A stretch of DNA of 23,038 nt from Armatimonadota bacterium (lineage in GTDB: Bacteria; Armatimonadota; Hebobacteria; CAIYQO01): the NCBI GenBank assembly GCA_038248345.1, contig JBBRXO010000039.1, positions 1 to 23,038 on the forward strand, written 5' to 3'. The translations under genes were made by a program, and so were the position numbers. Each line of letters opens with the position of its first letter. Positions within the stretch are counted from its first letter, which is position 1. Of the stretch, positions 15,961 through 23,038 are shown piece by piece. A model generated the notes under the pieces. That model was not told the origin of the DNA and made no database searches. It saw only the letters and a program-made list of their open reading frames with translations.

Positions 15961-16347
15961 ATGAATATACACTACAATGATAATGTGATTATGCATTTTC
16001 TCGAGCCGATAAACGTCGGTGTCCTTGAAAATTCGGACGGTGAGGGAATCGTCGGAGATATGACCTGCGGCGACATGATGGTGATGTATATCCATGTGCA
16101 GGATGAGCGTCTGGCTGATATCAAGTATCAAGTATTCGGGTGCGCCGCGGCCATCGCCACTTGCAGTGCGTTGAGCGAAATGGCGATGAATAAAACACTT
16201 GGTGAAGCACTGGCCATCACGGATGAGGACGTCATCCGCTACCTGGGAGGCCTTCCCGACCCCAAAGCCCACTGCTCCACGGGCGCCGCCAGTGCGCTAC
16301 ACCAGGCAATCGCCGATGCACGCGCGCGGCAGAAACCTCAACTTTGA
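15961..16347 (+). CDS. iscU: Fe-S cluster assembly scaffold, IscU/NifU-N family
   Basis: Y...V..HF..P.NVG, TCGD, FGCAAAIA, LGGLP..KAHCS; all three conserved Cys present. Confidence 0.9.
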   Translation: MNIHYNDNVIMHFLEPINVGVLENSDGEGIVGDMTCGDMMVMYIHVQDERLADIKYQVFGCAAAIATCSALSEMAMNKTLGEALAITDEDVIRYLGGLPDPKAHCSTGAASALHQAIADARARQKPQL

Positions 16348-16356
16348 TGACGCCAG

Positions 16357-16417
16357 GCATTAGTGCCCGTACCGTCCGCCCAGCCGTGAACGACAGGGCG
16401 GACGGACAGGCCAATGC
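16357..16417. other. Long imperfect hairpin between convergent genes (terminator or REP-like)
   Basis: CCGTCCGCCC/GGGCGGACGG core stem with outer GCATT/AATGC pairing. Confidence 0.55.
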
Positions 16418-16491
16418 TGATGGTTTTTCACGAGCAACGATACTCCTTGTTGCCGAAGATAAAAATGACGATTCCCGCGTCACCGCATCGA

Positions 16492-16680
16492 CTACTTTTT
16501 ACGAAAAAACCATTGGGTGAATCTTGTATACAGCGATGGGCGCACAACTGCCTCCGGGGGAGGCAGCAAACCGTGGCGTCGTTGGCGCGGAGGCGCTGCA
16601 GGTTGTTTCACCTCATGATGTTTTGAATTCTCCCAGGCTTCTCGGGCTGCGCGGATTGCCGATAAAAATGCTGGATTCAT
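16492..16680 (-). CDS. Small hypothetical protein (62 aa)
   Basis: ATGA overlap with the antiporter stop codon and a purine-rich upstream stretch (GAGAAGG); no recognisable family. Confidence 0.4.
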   Translation of the reverse strand: MNPAFLSAIRAAREAWENSKHHEVKQPAAPPRQRRHGLLPPPEAVVRPSLYTRFTQWFFRKK

Positions 16681-19082
16681 CGCACCTTCTCTTCTGCAGC
16701 AGCATCGCCGGCATCATGGGCCACCCGGCTTAGGAATTGCTGTGCATATTCAATCTGTGGCATGGTTCCCATAATAATCAGCTCATCGTCTTTTTGTAAC
16801 ACCGAGTCCGGGCACGGATTGACCTGCAATTCTTTTCCGCTCCGCTGCAGAGCCAGCACTGTCACACCACACTGTTGCCAGATATTGAGTTCCTGCAGAG
16901 TGGCCCCGCTGACTATGGCTTCGGCTGGAATGACGATGTGGCCGATGTCGGTCTCGTTTTTATCACTGTGAATTATCAGGTCAAGGAAGTCCACCACGCC
17001 GGGTTTGATGACGGCGGCGGCCATCCGCCGTCCTCCGAGGATATAGGGAGACATGACGGTGTTGGCCCCGGCGCGTCGGAGTTTATCCTCGTTCTCTTCA
17101 CGGATCGAACGCGCAACGATATTGAGTTGCGGGTTGATGCCGCGTGCCGTCAACACGATGAAGACGTTTTCCTCATCAGTTGAGGTGACGGCGATCAGCC
17201 CTTTCGCCCGTGAAATGCCGGCTTGATTCAGCTTGTCATCCTGGCTGGCTTTACCGATGACATGGAGAAATTTTTCTTCATCCAGCTTCGGCAGTTGCTC
17301 TGGGTTGTCTTCAATAACCACGAACGGCACTGATAACCGCCGGAAGTCTTTAACGATCTGCTGCCCCATGCGGCCATAACCGCATACGATATAGTGGTCA
17401 GAAATGGTGTCGATAAGCTTGTTCATAGTTTCCCTCGCGATCTGATCTTCAGTCTCAAATAGTAAATCCACCGCCTTTGCGGTAGCGTCTTCAGATGGCA
17501 CGAAAAGCAGGCCGGGAGAAATATCCAACAGTATCTGTCCCTCGCTGCGGCTGCGTGCCGTGAAAGCTAGATTCCCTGTGTATCCTACATGGCGGATGAC
17601 ACGCAGGAGTGACATATTGCTCCGTTGATCGCGGATAGTGCTGATTACCCAGCGTGCCTGCTGCAACGGGAGCGTCGCGGCAAAATCCGGGTCCTCTGCG
17701 TCGCCGAAGATCGCTGGCCAGCTGCGTGCATTCCATACCTCCACCGCCTGTGGATCGAAATCCACCCCGAGGACGGAGCGTCCCCGCTCCCGGATATGTC
17801 CCGCGATGTTGCTCCCATACTCACCGATACCGAAAATGATAATATCGACCTTAGGTACGTCAACTATACCGTCAGCATCTTCACGATGGTACTGTTTGCG
17901 ATCAAAAACCTGGAGATAGCGCGCCATCCGGTCATAGAGCCCTTGTGTATGCTGGATGAGATAGCTGGAGAGGCCGATAGTAATTAATCCGACGAAGGTG
18001 ATCATGCTGACGGTATCACCCCGCAAATGTCCCGCGCTCGCGCCCAGCGCTACCAAGATAAGGGAGAATTCGCTGATCTGCGCCAGATAAAGGCCGGACA
18101 TGAATCCGGTGCGCTTGCGGTATCCCATCCGGGTTAATACCAGCATAATCAGCACGGGCTTGACCAGCAGTACGAAAGCCGACAGCACCAGGGCGGTGAT
18201 TATCTGCGCCCCGAGGGAGCCGATATCGAGCTGACTTCCCAATTCTATAAAGAAAAACAGCAGCAGGAAATCGCGTAAGCTGACCAGTTTGGCGGCGAGG
18301 ATTTCACGATACACAGTGGATGCGAGTGAGATGCCGGCCAGGAAGGCGCCGACCTCTTTCCCAAAGCCCAGCGCCTCCGCGATAAGCGCCAGCGCTAAAG
18401 CCCAGGCTATGCCGGCCAATACCAGCAGTTCTGTCGAACGGGCAAGCTGCGGCAGTATCCGGGGTAACAGGTAAACTGTTGCGGCCCAGATACCCAGGAG
18501 CAGGGCGAAGCCCTTTGCGATGATGAGCAGCGTCTGGAGCGCTAGATGGAAGTCCGCTGAACCAGATGCCGCCGAGAGTGTAATCATCGCCAGCACCACC
18601 ACCAGATCCTGAATAATCAGGATGCCGAGAGTCAATCGACCCTGCAGCGAATCCGTTTCCTGTTTGTCGGAGAGCAGTTTGACGATGATGATAGTGCTGG
18701 AGAAAGTGAGTGCCAGCGCGACATACAGCGCGGTGACCGGGGGCATGCCCAGCACCCATGCCAGTAGGTAGGCGAAGACCATGGTGAGCGCCACCTGGCT
18801 CAACCCCGCGATGACGGCGACCATGCCCATGGAACGGATGATGTGTAAATCCAGCCGCAGACCGACCACGAACAACAGTAATGTCAGGCCCATTTGCGCC
18901 AATACATGGACCTGGTCTGCCGATTCAATCCAATGCAGCCCCGACGGTCCGACGAGAATGCCGACGGCGATAAAGCCGATCACCAATGGCTGACGCAGGC
19001 GCACCGCCGCGAATCCTGCGATGGCGGCCACCAGCAGGATAACGACAAATTCGCTAAAACCATCATGAAAACCGAAAGGCAT
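16677..19082 (-). CDS. CPA2 (Kef-like) cation:proton antiporter with TrkA_N plus a second TrkA_N-TrkA_C module
   Basis: LRQP..IGFI..GILVGP, LLLFVVGL, FSSTIIIVKLL, LIIQD, GAFLAG, QISEFS; RCK1 IIFGIGEYG; RCK2 IVCGYGRMG; C-terminal NP.P...L..DD.L. Alternative start at 19103. Confidence 0.92.
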   Translation of the reverse strand: MPFGFHDGFSEFVVILLVAAIAGFAAVRLRQPLVIGFIAVGILVGPSGLHWIESADQVHVLAQMGLTLLLFVVGLRLDLHIIRSMGMVAVIAGLSQVALTMVFAYLLAWVLGMPPVTALYVALALTFSSTIIIVKLLSDKQETDSLQGRLTLGILIIQDLVVVLAMITLSAASGSADFHLALQTLLIIAKGFALLLGIWAATVYLLPRILPQLARSTELLVLAGIAWALALALIAEALGFGKEVGAFLAGISLASTVYREILAAKLVSLRDFLLLFFFIELGSQLDIGSLGAQIITALVLSAFVLLVKPVLIMLVLTRMGYRKRTGFMSGLYLAQISEFSLILVALGASAGHLRGDTVSMITFVGLITIGLSSYLIQHTQGLYDRMARYLQVFDRKQYHREDADGIVDVPKVDIIIFGIGEYGSNIAGHIRERGRSVLGVDFDPQAVEVWNARSWPAIFGDAEDPDFAATLPLQQARWVISTIRDQRSNMSLLRVIRHVGYTGNLAFTARSRSEGQILLDISPGLLFVPSEDATAKAVDLLFETEDQIARETMNKLIDTISDHYIVCGYGRMGQQIVKDFRRLSVPFVVIEDNPEQLPKLDEEKFLHVIGKASQDDKLNQAGISRAKGLIAVTSTDEENVFIVLTARGINPQLNIVARSIREENEDKLRRAGANTVMSPYILGGRRMAAAVIKPGVVDFLDLIIHSDKNETDIGHIVIPAEAIVSGATLQELNIWQQCGVTVLALQRSGKELQVNPCPDSVLQKDDELIIMGTMPQIEYAQQFLSRVAHDAGDAAAEEKVR

Positions 19083-19358
19083 AATTACGACCTGATAAAG
19101 CATAGCATAAATGCGCAGAATACTGTAAGAGACATCATGGACAATCAGCCCGAGGATAGCTTATCCCGCATATTGCGTTAATCTATTTTGCGAATCATAG
19201 CTTAACGCCACGTCTTTGTAAATAGTCGGGTTGCCCTTGTCGTCGTAGTGGAACGACAATGCGGCATCCGGCACCTCTTGACAGATTACGGCAACAGGTA
19301 GAAAATAGGGTGTAGTTTACACCTATGTGTATAAACCACTATATCGGGAGGTAGAAAG

Positions 19359-19718
19359 ATGAAGATTGCTATTCCTGCGGTGGGCAGTGAACCGGCCGCG
19401 CTGATTGATGCCCGTTTCGGGCGCGCTCCCTGGTTTCTCGTGTATGATACCGAGGCGCAAAGCTGGGAAGCGGTGGAGAATACCCCCAACCTGCAGGCGG
19501 CGCAAGGCGCCGGGATCCAATCGGCAGAGACGCTGGTGCACCACGGCGCTAACGCCGTGCTGACCCCCCATTGCGGCCCAAAAGCGTTTCGCGTACTCCA
19601 AGCCGCCGGGGTGATGATCTACCTCGGAGTGAACGGCACTGCCGAAGATGCCCTTGCCGCCTACCAGGCTGGGAAGCTGCAACCATCAGCATCCGCGGAT
19701 GTTGAAGGGCACTGGTAA
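19359..19718 (+). CDS. NifB/NifX-family (MTH1175-like) protein
   Basis: MKIAIP, RFGRAPWF, GAGIQSA, HCGPKAF..L, ADVEGHW end; GGAGGT RBS. Confidence 0.92.
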   Translation: MKIAIPAVGSEPAALIDARFGRAPWFLVYDTEAQSWEAVENTPNLQAAQGAGIQSAETLVHHGANAVLTPHCGPKAFRVLQAAGVMIYLGVNGTAEDALAAYQAGKLQPSASADVEGHW

Positions 19719-19794
19719 GCCCCTTACAGTATTACGCTACTCATGTCCGGGTTCGGCCACTCGCCTTCTACCTGTGCAACAAGATGAGTGCATC

Positions 19795-19809
19795 ATGGTA
19801 TAATGCCAT
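19795..19809 (+). promoter_or_regulatory. Extended -10 of padR inside an imperfect palindrome
   Basis: TG-G-TATAAT (19796-19804) within ATGGTA-TAA-TGCCAT. Confidence 0.5.
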
Positions 19810-19842
19810 AGCAGCATTTCACACATAGGGAGTAAATTAGCT

Positions 19843-20238
19843 ATGCCGAGAGGAAAATGTCATCGTCATGGAGCAGACCGACCCTGCACGTGCGCCATGG
19901 GGAATTTGTACCGTTTCGTGGAACCAGTCGTGCTCCTAATGTTGAAGAAACGTGGTCCTTCTTACGGGTACGAGTTGGCGACAGCATTGAATGAACACGC
20001 GCTCACGGACGCTGAGATCGAACGAGCGGCACTGTACCGCACGCTGAAACAACTGGAAGTGAACGGTCATGTGGTCTCCGACTGGGATGTCAGCGGCAGT
20101 GGCCCCGCCCGCCATGTTTATCGGTTGACCGGCAGTGGTGAGGAACACTTGCAAGAATGGGGCGTGGTGCTGGACAAATTGTCACAGGCGATGGCATCGT
20201 TCGTGAATGACGTCAAGGAAGTATACCCTGCGCGATGA
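19843..20238 (+). CDS. PadR-family transcriptional regulator with an N-terminal Cys/His extension
   Basis: P.VLLML....SYGYEL, LYRTLKQLE..G.V.S.W, GPAR.VY.LT..G; N-terminus KCHRH....PCTC. Confidence 0.9.
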   Translation: MPRGKCHRHGADRPCTCAMGNLYRFVEPVVLLMLKKRGPSYGYELATALNEHALTDAEIERAALYRTLKQLEVNGHVVSDWDVSGSGPARHVYRLTGSGEEHLQEWGVVLDKLSQAMASFVNDVKEVYPAR

Positions 20239-20604
20239 CACCGCTACGCCGGTAAAGCGTGTGATGACGAGAGCCTGGCACCAGGCGGTAGGGTTTACCA
20301 CAGATAGTACATTGACTCCTTCGAAAATAGATTTTACGGACGCTTTGCCCATTGGTTTGGCCTAACCCGGCCAAGCCGGAACCAGTAATGTCATCGGGTA
20401 TCCCTGGGTACGCAGGCGTCACTCCTGCCCTGGGGACTTTAGTCCCCGCTAAGGCTTGGCATCCTGCCCTATCTTATCCTCAGAATCCTCAATTATCCAT
20501 ATATCCTGTGAATTACAACGATAGAGGACGACCTCTCTGCACCACCCGGCATTAAAAACTTGCTTCATTCTCTACAAATTGTTCAGAAAATAACCGAAAA
20601 GAGA

Positions 20605-20667
20605 CTAACCCCCAGCCCCTTCCCTGCGAGGGAAGGGGTGTCCAAACGAAGGGGGCTGGGGGGTTAG
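20605..20667. repeat. REP-like GC-rich nested inverted repeat
   Basis: CTAACCCCCAGCCCCTTC pairs with GAAGGGGGCTGGGGGGTTAG; competing inner hairpin CCCCTTCCCT-GCG-AGGGAAGGGG. Confidence 0.7.
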
Positions 20668-20837
20668 GTAGGCCAAGGCTAGTGCCCCTATCGCGAAAAT
20701 AAATTTTCAACTCCAAATAATGAAGCGCACTTCATTACTGATTTCTTCGTTGTGTGCCATGCGATCACAAATTTCGCATCATCTTTATTATATCATCCTG
20801 ATACTGTCTTCGATGTAGTATGTTTTCAATGAATTGT

Positions 20838-20886
20838 GCCGGTAAGAAGGTAATGCCGTTCTCGGCGAACAGTGACAGCGTACGTC
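20838..20886. repeat. Direct-repeat copy of 22235-22284 (fragment of the Mrp-NifX 3' coding region)
   Basis: 20849-20880 matches 22247-22278 at 31 of 32 nt; flanking GCCGGT and CGTC are also shared. Confidence 0.85.
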
Positions 20887-20921
20887 GATGTCGTTAGCTA
20901 TAAGAGACTACCTGGCTATTA

Positions 20922-21977
20922 TTAGCCCGAAGTAATCATCGGTTGGTGTAAATAGGCAATATCCAATGGTACGGCAGTCTGATCGCCACGGAGTAGCGCG
21001 GTAAATCCGGCTTCATACATCATCTTTCGGCAGGCTGCCATATCTAGCCCACGGTGCGCGGATGTATCCGTGACTATATCGCGGGGATTGGCACCGGTTT
21101 CGGCATAAACGGCATTTGCTCCCGCCACCAGACCGAGAAGATTCGGCTCATGTACGGCAATATTTCGTGTTTCAGGACAGTCTAAGGATGCCAGTGTGAC
21201 AACGGCAACGATCTGTGCGAGGCGTCGTTCGGTGATCTGGCCGTATTGATAAAGTGGGCTATGCGGCAAGGCAACCCGGCGCATGGCTGCATGCTGGAAG
21301 CAGCCGTAATCGATGCCAACCCAGAGTTGTTCGACGATCTCCTCGGGGGTATGTTCTGGTCCAACCGGTTCGCAGCAGTAGTATAAATCGAGCCCAGCCT
21401 CGCGAATGACATCTAGGGTCTGTTTCCGTGCTGTTGGATCGAGAGCGGTATCCACTCCTTCCCGCAGTCGGCAGACATGATACGCACCATTAACACCAGT
21501 ATCGCGAAGTTCCAGCGCCTGGATAGCGTCAAAATCACCAATATTGACGACGATCTGCGTGTGCATCGGGATCTCCTGGCGCACACGGGCTACCACGGTC
21601 AACAAATGCTCAAAGTCGAAGGTATGCATGGTCATCAGAAACAATGCATAAAGATCTTCCATATCAGCAAAGCTATGCGCACGCTGAAGCACTTCATCGA
21701 TCGAAAGCTGAGTTGGGGCAAGGGTAGTGTGGTCCTCACCAAAAGAGCAGAACCGACAGTTGCCGGTACACGGGGAGATATCAACGCCAATTTGACCTAG
21801 CAGAATACCACGATTCCCAAATTGTTGTCGCGAGACAGTATCTGCTATCCCCACGAGGATACGTGCTTCCAGCGAGTCTTCGGGCAGCTTTAGCAACGTG
21901 ATGCATTGGGTCTTCGATGGCCCCTTGCCCTGCAAGGCAGCATCCATCACTTGGGTGAATTCAGTTGAGATCTTCAC
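20922..21977 (-). CDS. Radical SAM protein, BioB/HydE-like, function unknown
   Basis: CTGNCRFC motif after a BioB-like N-terminus; GAN..YAETG.NPRD C-terminal motif; lacks BioB YNHNL; GTG start with AGAGGA RBS. Confidence 0.88.
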   Translation of the reverse strand: MKISTEFTQVMDAALQGKGPSKTQCITLLKLPEDSLEARILVGIADTVSRQQFGNRGILLGQIGVDISPCTGNCRFCSFGEDHTTLAPTQLSIDEVLQRAHSFADMEDLYALFLMTMHTFDFEHLLTVVARVRQEIPMHTQIVVNIGDFDAIQALELRDTGVNGAYHVCRLREGVDTALDPTARKQTLDVIREAGLDLYYCCEPVGPEHTPEEIVEQLWVGIDYGCFQHAAMRRVALPHSPLYQYGQITERRLAQIVAVVTLASLDCPETRNIAVHEPNLLGLVAGANAVYAETGANPRDIVTDTSAHRGLDMAACRKMMYEAGFTALLRGDQTAVPLDIAYLHQPMITSG

Positions 21978-22031
21978 GATATATTCCTCTCTTATGCTAA
22001 CGACTAGACTAAGTCGTATAGTAGATAAGGT

Positions 22032-22060
22032 AGACTAGCAAGGTATGAGTTTGCTGTCAA
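22032..22060 (-). promoter_or_regulatory. Promoter of the radical SAM gene
   Basis: Minus strand TTGACA, 17 nt, TAGTCT with an extended -10 TG. Confidence 0.7.
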
Positions 22061-22101
22061 CGTGACAGAGCTTCAGAGTGTCTCTACACTGAGAGTAAAT
22101 A

Positions 22102-22136
22102 CTGGTGTGGGCATATAGTTGATATGCCCACACCAG
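22102..22136 (-). terminator. Terminator after the Mrp-NifX gene
   Basis: Perfect 15-bp stem CTGGTGTGGGCATAT/ATATGCCCACACCAG, followed by TATTT on the minus strand. Confidence 0.75.
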
Positions 22137-22150
22137 CAAGAGAGGCTGAA

Positions 22151-23038
22151 TTAATGATCACAGGTATTGGCACCGGTGGACAGCGCATCCTGCAGATATG
22201 CGGTCACCAATGCTGCCGGTTCAGCGACTGGGGCGCCGGTGACGACGGTAATACCGTTCTCGGCGAACAGTGACAGCGCGCGTCCGCCCATGCCGCCGGC
22301 GATGATGGTCGTGACACCTTGTTCGTGCAGCCAGCGCGGCAGCAAACCCGGCTCATGCGGCGGTGGGGTCACCAGGGTTTGGTTGATAATGGTTTTGGTC
22401 TGTTCGTCCACGTCGATCAATGTAAATTGCTCGCAGTGTCCGAAATGCAGACAGAGTTGGCCAGCGGCCAGGGGGATTGCGATACGCATCGTGTGCGCCT
22501 CCTTGTTTGCTATTTGCGAGGATTGTAGTTGCTGATCACCCTCGCACGTGTTCAGCAGTGACAGCGCCATCCCCTCCATGAGATGGGCGGTGGGTGATTT
22601 GCTATACCGGTGTACGTAGGGGTATCCGTCATCCCCCGACGTCACTAGTTCCGGTTCCATGGGTATGCGCCCGAGGAAGGGGACCTGCATATCAGCGGCC
22701 ATACGCTCGCCACCGCCGGTTTTGAATACTTCGATAATCTCCTGGCAATGCGGGCAGACGAGTCCACTCATATTCTCCACGACTCCGAGGATCGGTAAAT
22801 CCATTTTTCGGCAAAATGAGATCGACTTGCGCACATCGGCCAGCGCCACGTCCTGCGGGGTAGTAACGACGACGGCACCGTCGCAGGCCCCCAACGTCTG
22901 GATGATGGTGAGCGGTTCATCGCCGGTGCCGGGCGGGCAATCGACGATAAGGAAATCCAGTTCGCCCCAGTCGACATCATCAATAAATTGCTTAATCATG
23001 CCGGCTTTGGCCGGGCCGCGCCAGATGACGGCCGCATC
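22151..23038 (-). CDS. mrp: Mrp/ApbC/NBP35 Fe-S carrier ATPase fused to a NifB/NifX domain (5' truncated)
   Basis: Frame is open to the window edge: DAAVIWRGP, WGELDFLIVDCPPGTGD, VTTPQ, ENMS..CPHC; then MRIAIP..HFGHC..PPHEPG..GGMG..NTCDH. Confidence 0.93.
   Translation of the reverse strand, partial: DAAVIWRGPAKAGMIKQFIDDVDWGELDFLIVDCPPGTGDEPLTIIQTLGACDGAVVVTTPQDVALADVRKSISFCRKMDLPILGVVENMSGLVCPHCQEIIEVFKTGGGERMAADMQVPFLGRIPMEPELVTSGDDGYPYVHRYSKSPTAHLMEGMALSLLNTCEGDQQLQSSQIANKEAHTMRIAIPLAAGQLCLHFGHCEQFTLIDVDEQTKTIINQTLVTPPPHEPGLLPRWLHEQGVTTIIAGGMGGRALSLFAENGITVVTGAPVAEPAALVTAYLQDALSTGANTCDH

Noticed and set aside
20213..20555. ORFs 20213..20422 (-) and 20352..20555 (+)
   Set aside because: No RBS or recognisable motif, and they run through palindromic repeats.
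20239..20921. CRISPR array, with the 32-nt duplicate as a self-targeting spacer
   Set aside because: No regularly spaced identical repeats, no cas genes, and the similarity extends in decayed form beyond 32 nt.
12139..21977. gcvH plus the BioB-like radical SAM gene as a LipS1/LipS2-type lipoylation system
   Set aside because: More than 8 kb apart with unrelated genes between, only one radical SAM gene, and no lipoate ligase.
19359..22489. Nitrogen fixation inferred from NifB/NifX and NifU-like domains
   Set aside because: No nifHDK or nifEN; these families are widespread in non-diazotrophic anaerobes.

Overview
Bacterial chromosomal window with a housekeeping left half and an anaerobe-type accessory right half; the organism cannot be identified from the sequence alone. 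Left to right: a tRNA cluster (Arg-GCG partial and Ser-GCT on the minus strand, Pro-GGG on the plus strand), a HAD phosphatase, an XRE-HTH/S24 LexA/CI-like repressor directly downstream of a TgpA-type membrane transglutaminase, glgC, infC(ATT start)-rpmI-rplT, a DUF948-like membrane protein, three tandem paralogous secreted proteins, gatB, gcvH, a degenerate Nudix protein with an MFS transporter, a divergent speD, and an Fe-S/metallocofactor block (COG1237 MBL hydrolase, IscU/NifU-N, CPA2 antiporter with two RCK-N domains, NifB/NifX protein, Cys/His-tailed PadR, BioB-like radical SAM enzyme, Mrp-NifX fusion partial). The best candidate for an undescribed system is the trio of secreted proteins, each apparently carrying only three beta-propeller blades. 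Other oddities are tRNA-Arg(GCG) in the usual Arg(ACG) position, two fusion genes with internal ribosome-binding sites, two probable pseudoenzymes, a 32-nt direct repeat bracketing the radical SAM gene, and three apparently leaderless genes. All family calls come from motif recognition by eye; no searches were run.
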